DNA of 64,000 bases from a virus, in the IMG/VR virus record IMGVR_UViG_3300032116_015796, positions 16,257 through 80,256 of that record. One strand, written 5' to 3'. This document shows, piece after piece, positions 31,246 to 41,040 of this stretch (positions are counted from its first letter, which is position 1; each line of letters begins with the position of its first letter). A program made the position numbers and the translations under genes. Under the pieces are notes generated by a model. The model worked only from the letters and a program-made list of their open reading frames with translations, did no database searches and was not told where the DNA came from.

Positions 31246-32346
31246 ATGAAAAAATTAATCTTAATAGTAGTATTAATGATGTTAAGTTTAACGTCATTTT
31301 CACAAACATGTACCACATTAGTTGCAAATGATAGAATGGAAACATTCGATTGGTTTGGGGATTGGTGGTTATTACAATCAAATTCAGGGTTTTATACAAA
31401 TGCCTCAACATCTCCAACAACAAGTGCCGCAATATATGGACTAGGTTCAGGAACTTCTGCAATTGAACAGAATTGGTATGTTTTACCAAATATAACGGGA
31501 TTAAACCCAACTAGTACATATCAATTTAAATTTAGACTTGCATCATATAAATTTTCATCTTCCGCAACTTCAGGAGGCGTTGACGGGGGAACAAGTCCTG
31601 ATTTAATTGAAGTTCAGATATCAACTGACGGTGAGGTTACGTACACTTCAGAAATAAGAATCAGGGGATTTTCAAACGCATTTTGGGATTACAATACAAA
31701 TGGTGTAATTAATAAAACCTCAAACGGAGCTCTTACCACATACTCACCCGTTGCGGGAGGAAATAGAACAACAACAGGTGATGGTTATTCTGTTATAACA
31801 CTTACAATACCTCCAGGAATTACACAAATAGCCGTTGATGTTTTGGCAAGAGTAAATGCCGCAGGTGAAGAATGGTGGTTCGATGATTTTGAATTATATG
31901 AAATATTTGATTGTACTCCATTACCAATTGAATTAATTAATTTTGACGGAACAAATAATGTTAGTTATAATAAATTATTTTGGTCAACCGCATCTGAAAT
32001 AAATAACTCACATTTCACTTTAGAAAGAAGTATTAATGGTCAAGATTGGATTACAGTATCAACCATTAATGCCGCAGGTAATTCAAACACAACACTATCA
32101 TACGAATATAAAGATTATAGTTATGTAAGAACCCATGTAAATTATTATAGGTTAAGTCAAACAGATTATGATGGAGTTAAAGAATACTTCAATATAATAG
32201 CAATTCAACCTGATGATACAAATAGTAGTTGTGACGAGTTCGAATATTTTAGTTTGTCAGGAGTAAAAATTGATATTAATCAAGTACCGACAGGAATTTA
32301 TTTAAGAAAATGTGATGGTATTGTAGAAAAAATATTTAAACCATAA
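31246..32346 (+). CDS. Secreted Bacteroidota-type surface protein with a T9SS type-A-like C-terminus
   Basis: Signal peptide ending SFS-Q; PLPIELINF..W.TASE.N...F.LERS..YYRL.Q.D.DG module; PTGIYL...KIFK end. Confidence 0.75.
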   Translation: MKKLILIVVLMMLSLTSFSQTCTTLVANDRMETFDWFGDWWLLQSNSGFYTNASTSPTTSAAIYGLGSGTSAIEQNWYVLPNITGLNPTSTYQFKFRLASYKFSSSATSGGVDGGTSPDLIEVQISTDGEVTYTSEIRIRGFSNAFWDYNTNGVINKTSNGALTTYSPVAGGNRTTTGDGYSVITLTIPPGITQIAVDVLARVNAAGEEWWFDDFELYEIFDCTPLPIELINFDGTNNVSYNKLFWSTASEINNSHFTLERSINGQDWITVSTINAAGNSNTTLSYEYKDYSYVRTHVNYYRLSQTDYDGVKEYFNIIAIQPDDTNSSCDEFEYFSLSGVKIDINQVPTGIYLRKCDGIVEKIFKP

Positions 32347-33019
32347 TTTTATTTGATTTTCTTATATTTTCTTTTCCCCACATTGGTTGAAGATTTGATA
32401 GTGACCAACATTTCATAAACTCTTCGTCACCAATTTCTTGTATATTATACACTGAAATAGGTAATATGTGGTCGACATGCCATTCCCCATAGTTACCCCA
32501 TGTCATACCGTCTTTAAATTGGTTTTCCAAATGACCAATAAGTTCTTCAGGAGAATATTTTAGAACTTCAAAATAATGACCATTCTTTTGTACATTATTC
32601 TCTTTTAATACTTGGTAGATTGCAGTTCTGAAATTATTAATTAATTTATAAATGGGGTCGTTTGCTTTACGAGTTTTTTCGTAAGTTCTTTTATTTTTTC
32701 TATGTCTATCTATATTTTTATCTCTCCATTCTTTATGATATCCATTAAGATAATCTCTATTTTCTTTAGACCATTTTTGGTGACTTTCTGAAAGTCTTGT
32801 TTTATTTTTTTCTCGATATTTTTTATCAGAAACTTTTTTACCTCCTAAAAATTTTCTTCCGCTCCCTTTAATATTAACACCATTCTCTTTTAATATTCTA
32901 CTAATTGTAAACGTAGACCAACCAAACTTTTTAGATATTTCGCGCAATCCTTTAAGTTCATCAACGAACATTTTTTTTATTTCAGTAATCTCTTGTTCTG
33001 TGGGGATAATCTTATTCAT
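32336..33019 (-). CDS. HNH homing endonuclease with N-terminal HTH
   Basis: WHVDHILP..NLQPMW..ENIRKSNK; start probably at MNKIIPT. Confidence 0.8.
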   Translation of the reverse strand: MNKIIPTEQEITEIKKMFVDELKGLREISKKFGWSTFTISRILKENGVNIKGSGRKFLGGKKVSDKKYREKNKTRLSESHQKWSKENRDYLNGYHKEWRDKNIDRHRKNKRTYEKTRKANDPIYKLINNFRTAIYQVLKENNVQKNGHYFEVLKYSPEELIGHLENQFKDGMTWGNYGEWHVDHILPISVYNIQEIGDEEFMKCWSLSNLQPMWGKENIRKSNKIMV

Positions 33020-33073
33020 ATAATATAAATATATTATATTATTACAAAAAAACAACTATTTAATTTTAATAAT

Positions 33074-33102
33074 AAAAAAAGGTCAGATTTCTCTGACCTT
33101 TT
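33074..33102 (-). terminator. Terminator downstream of the major capsid gene
   Basis: A-run-GGTCAGA-TTTC-TCTGACC-TTTT. Confidence 0.85.
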
Positions 33103-33124
33103 AAAGATTTATTTAAAGATTTGA

Positions 33125-35002
33125 TTATCTCAATTCTTGTAAATCAAATGTACGAACACCATCAACAGTAATACGTGCGTAGAAGCGGTTGTTCACCATC
33201 TTTTTCGCGTATCTTGTCATAATACCTTTGATAGGTGTGAAGTTGAATGGGTTGTACATTGTAGGTGTTAATTGTAGAGGTACATACGGTGCGTAGATGT
33301 AACCTGTGTCTAACAATGATGTTCCTTTGTGCCCGATTAACACTTGGTTAGGTGGGAAGTAAGGGTCACGGTAAACTTGGTAACGTCCTGCAAGAGTACC
33401 AACTCTTTCAATACCCATGTTGTATTGGTCTTGCTCAGGAGACGCGTTAGATACGTGGAAGTATTCTAAATCGTCGAAGATTGCAGAAACCTCAGATGAT
33501 ACAACAATCCAGTTAGCTCCACCACGAAGTGTAGACTTGTGGATTTGTGCTGACAATTGGTTGATTGCAGTAATCAATGTTTGATTCCAATCTTTCTGAG
33601 TGTAAGAAGTTGTTAAACCTTGAACTCTTCTCCATCCGTTGTAATCCCAACGTAGGTTCCAAGCCGCTCCTTTACGTAAGTCACGTAAGATTTCACGGTC
33701 AATTTCAGCCGCAACTTGTTCAGAAAGAAGAGCCGTTAACTCAGCTTCTGCGTCAATGTTGTGGAATGCCGCTACGTCTTGAGCAAGTTCTGGAGACCAC
33801 TGAGCTCTTAACTTTCTTTCAGTTACAGTAACTGTTACTGATTGAAGGTCAAAAGATACCTCACCAATCTTATCTTCGAACTCAAGTTCTTCGTAACGTC
33901 TGAATACCGCAGTTAAACATGTATCTCCTGTAAGAGCCGCAGTAGCCCCATCAGCAAATGTTGTTCCTGTGTAACCATCTAAAGTACCATCACCACATGT
34001 TGCACATACTGGACAAGATAAATCCATTTCTAAATAGATACATCCGTCAGGAGTACAAATGTCTTGATAAGTACCACCGTTTCCTTTGTCAGCCCAAGTA
34101 GCAGTTGCACGTTTAGTGTAAAGACCGTTAACAATACCTTGACCATATTGTTGTGTAACAACACGGAAAAGAATTGACTTTGGTTTTGAAGTATCTCCAT
34201 CTACATAGAATGGATTACAAGTTGAAGCGGTGCTCACTAAATCACACTCATTAGACGCAAATAAACGAAGGTCAGACAAGAAAGTTTCTGTGTCATACTC
34301 GTTACCATCAGGACCAATCATTTTACCAAGACCGTCTGGTGCGAAACCACAAAGTCTTACGATAAGTTTTCTTACATTTAAACCATCAAGGTCTACTGTA
34401 GTAGCTGAAAGAGGTGTTAATACTCCATTTTCCCATACTACAACGTCTGCATTAACAGTAACTGCTGACCAACGACCTTTAGAGTAGTCAAACAACCCTG
34501 GAGGGTCTAATTCAGGTTCGTTACCTTCGTAGAATAAATCGTAAAGGTTTTTAGCGTAAGCTCCTGCCCCTGTGTAACCATTTGATGGGTCACCAGGATA
34601 GTTACCAGGAGAACCGATAGGAGCGTAGTGGTCACCACTGAAATCTCCTGCAGTACCACCTGAGTAACCTTGGATTTTAGGTACGAAGTAGAACAATTTA
34701 CCGATAGGTAAGTTCATAGCTTGTACAGAAACGATATCATTCGCTAATAATTTAGAGAATACACGTCTAACGATAGGGAATACTACAGTTTCGAATGAAC
34801 CTGAGCTACCGTCAGAAGTTGCTTCATTGATTAGGAAAGACGCTTGGTTCTCATATAACTGAGCTACGTTTTCTTTTAGGTGGCCTTTAAGACCTTCTAG
34901 GAACCCTAATCTGTCCCATTTGTTAATTGTATCTTCTTTGATAACCTTAAGGTGCTTAAGACCTATGTTACCAACAAGACCTGATTCTAATAATGCTCCC
35001 AT
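33125..35002 (-). CDS. gp23: Major capsid protein (T4 gp23-like)
   Basis: VSVQAMNLP.G, RKLRAQWSPELAQD, EIDREI, YAPYVPL, P.KGIMTRY. Confidence 0.97.
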   Translation of the reverse strand: MGALLESGLVGNIGLKHLKVIKEDTINKWDRLGFLEGLKGHLKENVAQLYENQASFLINEATSDGSSGSFETVVFPIVRRVFSKLLANDIVSVQAMNLPIGKLFYFVPKIQGYSGGTAGDFSGDHYAPIGSPGNYPGDPSNGYTGAGAYAKNLYDLFYEGNEPELDPPGLFDYSKGRWSAVTVNADVVVWENGVLTPLSATTVDLDGLNVRKLIVRLCGFAPDGLGKMIGPDGNEYDTETFLSDLRLFASNECDLVSTASTCNPFYVDGDTSKPKSILFRVVTQQYGQGIVNGLYTKRATATWADKGNGGTYQDICTPDGCIYLEMDLSCPVCATCGDGTLDGYTGTTFADGATAALTGDTCLTAVFRRYEELEFEDKIGEVSFDLQSVTVTVTERKLRAQWSPELAQDVAAFHNIDAEAELTALLSEQVAAEIDREILRDLRKGAAWNLRWDYNGWRRVQGLTTSYTQKDWNQTLITAINQLSAQIHKSTLRGGANWIVVSSEVSAIFDDLEYFHVSNASPEQDQYNMGIERVGTLAGRYQVYRDPYFPPNQVLIGHKGTSLLDTGYIYAPYVPLQLTPTMYNPFNFTPIKGIMTRYAKKMVNNRFYARITVDGVRTFDLQELR

Positions 35003-35040
35003 TTTATTGGTTTTTTTGTTTTTAGTTTAGTTTATTTTTA

Positions 35041-36558
35041 TTATCTTAGTTTACCCATTAAATCTTTCATTCTAAGGAATTGAGGATTTTCATAAGTTTT
35101 TGACTCAATTAAGTTAACCGCTGAACCTGTTGAAGGTGCTTTTTCAATTACACGTTCGATAGACTCATTCATTGGTTGACTTGTCGTAGTTGAAAGCTCA
35201 TCTTTAATGGTCTTATACAAATTCTTAGATTCTTTAATAGTTTCAACTCCATCGAATCTTCTAAGAATGTTGATTTTTTCTTGTTTTGATGTTGAGTGTT
35301 CAGTGAACAAACGTGTAGCGTATGCTAAGTTTGAGTTGAATACCGCAACTTCGTTTAGTTTGTTTCTGAAGATGTTAAGTGCTTTTCTGTATTCTTCATT
35401 CTTCTCTCTAAGGATTTGTAACTCTCTTAAAGTTTCACCTTCTTTAATTGCGGTGTTTGCTTTTGAATGAGCTCTTGGTTTTGGTAAACCACCCTTTCTG
35501 AAATTAGAACCACTACCATAAGTTCTTGAAGCTTCTTTAGTCTCCATTTTCTTAGGTTTGTGTTTGAATTCACCGTCAAGAGTTTCAGTATCTTTGTAAA
35601 CGTTAACTTTCTTAGCGTTTCCTGTACCCATAGTCTTGTCAGATTTTTTCTTAACCACTTTAAAACCTCCACTTGTATTAGGATTTTTAGAATAGATGTC
35701 TTTTTTAGGACCTTTTCCGATTCCAACGCCTTTTGGTTTAACTGTTTTTTTAGACTCCATCATGTAGTCGTCTTCTTCATACATTTCTTCTTCCATATCT
35801 TCTTCGTCATCCTCAAAAGAAATTTCGTAGATTGTTTCTGAATCCATACCTTCCATCATTTCGTCTTCTAAGTCTGCGTCACCGTAGAACTCTTCTTCTT
35901 CCATCATTTCGTCTTCATCTTCCATCATTTCTTCGAAGTCCATTTCTTCTTCGTCTTCGAAATCCATGTCCTCTTCATCTTCGTAATCCATATCTTCTTC
36001 ATCTTCATCTCCGAAAACTTTCGATACGATTGATTCAATAGACTCATCTTCTTCGTCCATTTCTTCATAACCTTCGTTCTCTTCGTCCCACATTTCGAAC
36101 ATTTCCTCTTCTTCTCCTTCTTGAACAATCATGTATTCTTTGTTTGTTTCGTTATCCTTAAGATTAATATTTCCAGCACCGTCTTTTTTAACGATGATTT
36201 TATCTTCAGGGTCCATCAATTCGAATACACGAAGAACTTGTTCATCGGATTGACCTGTCAAGTCGATTGTGTCCATAGAGTCCATGGCCATCATATCTTC
36301 GTCTTCATTATCAGTATCCATGTCTTCACCTTCTTCGTCGTCCATTTCTGGCTCTTCCATTTCAGGCTCTTCCATTTCAACATCTGTTTCAACCTCTGCA
36401 TCTTCTTCTTCTTGTTCAGATAGAGATTCTTTTACTAGTTCTTTGATTTCTTCCTTCATTGTTGAAGCAAGTATTCCTTTTGCGTTTTCAGCAACCGCTT
36501 CTTCCAAATTTTTCATTTGGATGATTGCTTCTTCTACTAAAGATTTTTCTTTTGCCAT
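35041..36558 (-). CDS. Prohead core/scaffolding protein
   Basis: Extremely acidic; lies between the protease and MCP; start at MAKEKSLVEE. Confidence 0.8.
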   Translation of the reverse strand: MAKEKSLVEEAIIQMKNLEEAVAENAKGILASTMKEEIKELVKESLSEQEEEDAEVETDVEMEEPEMEEPEMDDEEGEDMDTDNEDEDMMAMDSMDTIDLTGQSDEQVLRVFELMDPEDKIIVKKDGAGNINLKDNETNKEYMIVQEGEEEEMFEMWDEENEGYEEMDEEDESIESIVSKVFGDEDEEDMDYEDEEDMDFEDEEEMDFEEMMEDEDEMMEEEEFYGDADLEDEMMEGMDSETIYEISFEDDEEDMEEEMYEEDDYMMESKKTVKPKGVGIGKGPKKDIYSKNPNTSGGFKVVKKKSDKTMGTGNAKKVNVYKDTETLDGEFKHKPKKMETKEASRTYGSGSNFRKGGLPKPRAHSKANTAIKEGETLRELQILREKNEEYRKALNIFRNKLNEVAVFNSNLAYATRLFTEHSTSKQEKINILRRFDGVETIKESKNLYKTIKDELSTTTSQPMNESIERVIEKAPSTGSAVNLIESKTYENPQFLRMKDLMGKLR

Positions 36559-36675
36559 TTTGCGTGTTGATTTTTTATATATAAATATTACCAATTCCTA
36601 AAAAAGTCGTTTTTTGACTTTATTCAGAATTAGTTTTTTTATTTGTATATAAATATTTCCTTTTTTGGGAAAAAC

Positions 36676-36703
36676 AAAAAAGGAGGTCAAAGACCTCCTT
36701 TTT
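36676..36703 (-). terminator. Intrinsic terminator
   Basis: AAAAAGGAGGTC-AAA-GACCTCCTTTTT. Confidence 0.85.
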
Positions 36704-36734
36704 AAAATTGATTATTAAATTATTGAAATTTAAA

Positions 36735-36944
36735 TTATTCTATCACCTCATCAATCTTACTTTCAACAATCGCGGTTATTCTCCAATCTTGAGTATAATG
36801 TTCGAACACCTTGGTTACTTTTGCTTCTACATCAGTTGGATTATAACCCTTAACCAACTTTTCTTCTTTTTGTTTTTTTACTTTTCCTGATTCTGCGTCA
36901 ACCATGTCGATGGTAACTCTTGCAATGAAATATTTTTCGTCCAT
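36735..36944 (-). CDS. DUF4494-like small protein
   Basis: YF.ARV...GKVKK..E..LV......EA.V pattern recalled from Bacteroidota DUF4494. Confidence 0.55.
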   Translation of the reverse strand: MDEKYFIARVTIDMVDAESGKVKKQKEEKLVKGYNPTDVEAKVTKVFEHYTQDWRITAIVESKIDEVIE

Positions 36945-36956
36945 AATAAAATGTTT

Positions 36957-37679
36957 TTAATATCCTAAATAATCGGATAATTTTTTCATTAAGTCAAGAG
37001 ATTTGTTTGCTGAAGGTCCAACTTCTCTTTCTGCCCTCATTCTATTTTCTTCTTCTAAGTTCTCCTCAAACTGATGTCTTCCATCGGGTTCTAAGAAAAG
37101 ATAAGCTCCTGGGGTGGATGGGGATGATACCAAGTCAAAACAAATTAATTCAAAATCATCTTGAACTTCATTTTGTTCCCCAACTTTTTTAAGTGAACCA
37201 ACCCCTCTTGAAGAGATTCCTAATGTAACACCTTGTCTTAAATAATTTGCAGCTAAATCTCCTTTAGTTGAACAAACTCCTCTTTCATGGAAACCAGGAC
37301 TTGTTAATAGTTTAAGTTTTCCCATAAGTACAGGTCCGTCCCACCATATATCAGTTATAATATGAGATACTCTATCTAAGTCAATTAAAGATGATTCAGG
37401 GTGGTTTAACTCAGAAAGTGATGTACCTTTCTGAATCATCTTTTTGTAGTTTTCAGCTTCTCTTTTTAAAATTCTTTCAGGGTAAATTCTACCGTTTCTA
37501 TTTGGAGTATTGTATTTTTGTAATACCGCATAAAACTCAAATGGTTTTGAGTAATCCAAAAGATTTTTAGATTCCATGATATATTGATTATTGTCGGTTT
37601 TAGGATTTATATATCCTGCATCATACTCAATCAATATCCCTTTTCCTGTTTGGCCAGGTTGTATAATTTGTAAACTCAT
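36957..37679 (-). CDS. gp21: Prohead protease (T4 gp21-like)
   Basis: NRNGRIYP, ELNHP, VSH, GISSRGVGS, DLVSSPS. Confidence 0.95.
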   Translation of the reverse strand: MSLQIIQPGQTGKGILIEYDAGYINPKTDNNQYIMESKNLLDYSKPFEFYAVLQKYNTPNRNGRIYPERILKREAENYKKMIQKGTSLSELNHPESSLIDLDRVSHIITDIWWDGPVLMGKLKLLTSPGFHERGVCSTKGDLAANYLRQGVTLGISSRGVGSLKKVGEQNEVQDDFELICFDLVSSPSTPGAYLFLEPDGRHQFEENLEEENRMRAEREVGPSANKSLDLMKKLSDYLGY

Positions 37680-37701
37680 TGTCTATTTTTAATAATAAAT
37701 A

Positions 37702-38172
37702 TTAATGAGTTTCTAATTTTACCTTACTTTCCTTTGTTTTACCGTTTTTAGTTAAATGAAATTTAAAATAGTCGTTTTTAGAAAAACCATGTTGTATAAC
37801 ATTTTTTACCATTTGTTTTAATTCATCTCGTAGTTTAATTGATTTAAAGTCGGTGATTAACTCTTTAAGGTATAAATTAATTTCTAAATTCAAAAAGGAT
37901 TTTTTCCCGACTGTAATACCACTTGACCTTAAGTCTAAGTCAACGATAAATTTGTCATCAAAAAAAGACCTGTCTAATGTTTCATAAATTACATGTTTAA
38001 TTGACCTACTAAAATTAAGAACAATACGATTCCAATTTTCAGAATCTTTTATGGGGTCTACCCAAGTTTGAATGTTTAAATAGAGTGATTTAAAATTTAC
38101 TGAGTCTACTGTACCGTATAGTACTTTGACTGTTTTGAATCCTTGGATTCGAGAGGTTTTCCCCTTTTTCAT
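37702..38172 (-). CDS. Hypothetical protein
   Basis: 156-aa ORF in the head module. Confidence 0.75.
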   Translation of the reverse strand: MKKGKTSRIQGFKTVKVLYGTVDSVNFKSLYLNIQTWVDPIKDSENWNRIVLNFSRSIKHVIYETLDRSFFDDKFIVDLDLRSSGITVGKKSFLNLEINLYLKELITDFKSIKLRDELKQMVKNVIQHGFSKNDYFKFHLTKNGKTKESKVKLETH

Positions 38173-38216
38173 TAATATTCATATTTTTCTGTTTATTTTA
38201 CTAAAAAATAAGAATA

Positions 38217-38248
38217 TTTGTGTGATTAGTCAAAATTTATTATCTTTG
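38217..38248 (+). promoter_or_regulatory. Bacteroidota-type promoter for bS21
   Basis: TTTG(38217-20)-N20-TATCTTTG(38241-48). Confidence 0.7.
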
Positions 38249-38265
38249 TGGATATTTGTATATAT

Positions 38266-38457
38266 ATGTTGATTATCACCGTTAAAAAAAACAATTTAGA
38301 GAGAGCTCTAAAAGAATACAAAAGTAAGGTCATTAAAACAAGACAAATGACTGAATTAAATAACCGTAAAACTTTTGTTAAGCCGTCAGTAAAACGCAGA
38401 AACCAAATTTCTAAAGCAAAATATGTTCAGAAGAAGTTTGGGGACAATCAAGATTAA
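38266..38457 (+). CDS. rpsU: Ribosomal protein bS21
   Basis: MLIITVK..NLERALK.YK.K......EL..RK.FVKPSV.RR....KAKY; ATG at 38266. Confidence 0.92.
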   Translation: MLIITVKKNNLERALKEYKSKVIKTRQMTELNNRKTFVKPSVKRRNQISKAKYVQKKFGDNQD

Positions 38458-39167
38458 AGATTTTCTTTTAATCCTTTTAACTTGAAATAAGTTAACTTGT
38501 CGTATTTCTCAGCGGAAACTTTATTGATAGTTTCATTTATTCTGTTCATAGTTTCAGAATCAGAACCCTCTTTAAGATTTTCTAATTTGTTTAGTACACC
38601 TTCTTTTAGAGAATCAAAATTATTTTTTAATTCACTATCATCCGAGTTTAAAAATTTAATTAGTTCTTTTTTCTCAGATTCATTTAATGACTCCATGTAA
38701 TTTTGAATTGTTTTGTTTGCAACACTAATCATCGTACTCATAGGGAGTTTAACAATTTCTTTTTCAATTGGTCTTGGTCTTTTTAAAGATTCCGCAATTA
38801 TTTTTTTACTTTTAATTCTTGATTCGATTGTTAAAACATCATTTGAGAATAAGTTATCAATATTTTCATATTCATTAGTCGTCTCAACTTTGTTCACCCA
38901 ATTTTTTAAAATCTGTAAATCAGAAGATTTAATCTTATTAAGACTATTCTCATAAATTGTAATACATTCATGAATATAATCATTCACGTATGATTCATTT
39001 AGACCTTTTTTCGAGTTTAACTCATCATATAAATAAAAAATCTTAGCAATGTTTTTTTTGTCTAAAACATTTGTTTTAAAATTTTTCAATTCATTTTTAA
39101 AAGTATTATTAGAGTATGATTCCAATAATACTTTTTCTATTTTAGATTTTAAAATTCCGAACTTCAT
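38454..39167 (-). CDS. Hypothetical head-module protein
   Basis: Helical 237-aa ORF downstream of the portal, with upstream TATTTAT. Confidence 0.75.
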   Translation of the reverse strand: MKFGILKSKIEKVLLESYSNNTFKNELKNFKTNVLDKKNIAKIFYLYDELNSKKGLNESYVNDYIHECITIYENSLNKIKSSDLQILKNWVNKVETTNEYENIDNLFSNDVLTIESRIKSKKIIAESLKRPRPIEKEIVKLPMSTMISVANKTIQNYMESLNESEKKELIKFLNSDDSELKNNFDSLKEGVLNKLENLKEGSDSETMNRINETINKVSAEKYDKLTYFKLKGLKENL

Positions 39168-39188
39168 TTTCTTTTTTATTTATAAATA

Positions 39189-41000
39189 TCAATCTCTTAA
39201 AAGTTTTCCTAATTGATTCTCTATTTCCCCCAAATAATTCTTTCCTTTGGATAAATCAATAAATGAGTCTTCGTCAGTTAAACTTTCAGATTCTAAAAGA
39301 ATTTTTAAATTATCCCGATTAAATGACTCGGGTGTTACCCCCGATTCACCTCCTGGTGGTGGGGGTGGTGGAGGTGGTGGTGCTCCTCCTTCTTCTCCTC
39401 CAGGTGGAGGTGGTGGTGCGGATGCTCCTCCTGTTGCTCCTGAAACACTCTTATATAATTTATCAACGTTATCAAATATTCCTGTCTTAGTTATAATTGT
39501 TGCGGTATTAGTTAATTCAGCTCCAACCGCCTTTTCAATTCTTTGTTGTTGTAGGTCAAGTTTAATTTCTTCATCAGACAAACCAAGAATGTGTTTTTTA
39601 GCCCAAGATACTGATACAGGGGCGATTCCTTCAATAGCGGCAACCGCGTCTTTGTATAGTAATATTTTCTCTTTCCAAACATCTACCTTTAACAAATCGG
39701 CTTGTGTCGAAGGGTTTGTGAGACCTAATGTAAAGTTACTTAATTCGTCTTCAAACCCTAAAAGGAATAAGTGAATAATCGCTATTTTATTAAGTTCGGC
39801 AATCATAGATTTTTGAATCCTGTTGATTGTTCGAGCAAAACGAATGTCGAGTAATGATAAGTTTTTACCGTCTCCAACCGCCTCTTCAAACCCAAGATAC
39901 GCCTTAGGTATTCTAAGAGCGGTAACAAGTTTTTTCTGAATATATTCAATATCCGCAATTTCCGCTAAGTTTTGAGCTCCAGGTAAAGTGTCAATAGGAT
40001 TTGGTGCTGCTGGGTCACGAACAGGAATAAAATAATCTTGGTCAACTGCCATTTGATTGAACCTCATGTCAACATTACCTGATTGACTATCAACAACTTG
40101 ATTTCTTTTAAATTTGTTTGCAACACGTTGTACATATGGTTCAACATCTGCGTCATCCATATTTCCCACAAACACTTTAAAAACACGTCTTTCAGGGGCT
40201 CTTGATGTTCTATAAATCAACATAGCGTCTTCTGAAAGAAGTAATTGTTTCCATATACGTCTCGCTTTTTCTAACATGGATGTTCCGTAAGGAAGTTTTC
40301 TGTCATCACCTAATAATCTGAAGTGAGCGATTTCCCAAGAGTTAAATTCCATGTCTTTCGCTTTCCACTTAAATCTTAACCCTCTATTTTCTTTTGGTTC
40401 ATCAACCTTTTGAGCAGACCCTTGTGAAGGCATACCTCTTTCTAATCGTTCAATTTCAATGTTGGGTAGTTGCATACATCCTACAACCCCTTTTTCAGCA
40501 TCTAATTTTAAGTAAACAAAATTATCACCATACTTACATGTGTTTCTTGTCCACATAGGTAAATTAGTGTTTACGTCAAGTACATTGTTAAATAAATCGG
40601 CTAAAATACCTTTAATTCTTTTTGACTCAGAATATATCTGTAACATATAACCATTTTGGTCAACAGTTGTTGATTCTTCTCCGTATATGTCAAGAGCGGC
40701 GGAAATCTCAGGCGTATATTCCATAGATTCGTAATCATAAAATGACGCCAATCTAGTTGGTTCATAATATACGGCTTGTGTATATAAATTACTTTCTATT
40801 TTAGTCCATTGATTTGCTAAATAGTAAGTTTGTTGAGCCTGTAGTAATTCTTTATCAAATTCTTGTTTAGAAGTGGTTTTGAGTAATTCTTTTCTATCGA
40901 ATTTATAAGTTGGATAATCTTGGTTCAGTAAAGCGTTGGGTCCGAACGCGTGGGACAACCTTTGCCAAACTGTCAGATTATTATTTTGTGTATTTTCCAT
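39189..41000 (-). CDS. gp20: Portal protein (T4 gp20-like) with Pro/Gly-rich tail
   Basis: PYGTSMLE, EDAMLIYRTSRAPERRVF, DYFIP.R, IDTLPG, LRIPK. Confidence 0.95.
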   Translation of the reverse strand: MENTQNNNLTVWQRLSHAFGPNALLNQDYPTYKFDRKELLKTTSKQEFDKELLQAQQTYYLANQWTKIESNLYTQAVYYEPTRLASFYDYESMEYTPEISAALDIYGEESTTVDQNGYMLQIYSESKRIKGILADLFNNVLDVNTNLPMWTRNTCKYGDNFVYLKLDAEKGVVGCMQLPNIEIERLERGMPSQGSAQKVDEPKENRGLRFKWKAKDMEFNSWEIAHFRLLGDDRKLPYGTSMLEKARRIWKQLLLSEDAMLIYRTSRAPERRVFKVFVGNMDDADVEPYVQRVANKFKRNQVVDSQSGNVDMRFNQMAVDQDYFIPVRDPAAPNPIDTLPGAQNLAEIADIEYIQKKLVTALRIPKAYLGFEEAVGDGKNLSLLDIRFARTINRIQKSMIAELNKIAIIHLFLLGFEDELSNFTLGLTNPSTQADLLKVDVWKEKILLYKDAVAAIEGIAPVSVSWAKKHILGLSDEEIKLDLQQQRIEKAVGAELTNTATIITKTGIFDNVDKLYKSVSGATGGASAPPPPPGGEEGGAPPPPPPPPPGGESGVTPESFNRDNLKILLESESLTDEDSFIDLSKGKNYLGEIENQLGKLLRD

Positions 41001-41040
41001 ATTACAATTTTAATGTTAAATCTATATAATTAAATATTTC

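Noticed and set aside
39247-39774. 175-aa Gly-rich plus-strand ORF and similar antisense ORFs (e.g. 36269, 47612, 52508)
   Set aside because: Shadows of low-complexity or strongly conserved genes on the other strand
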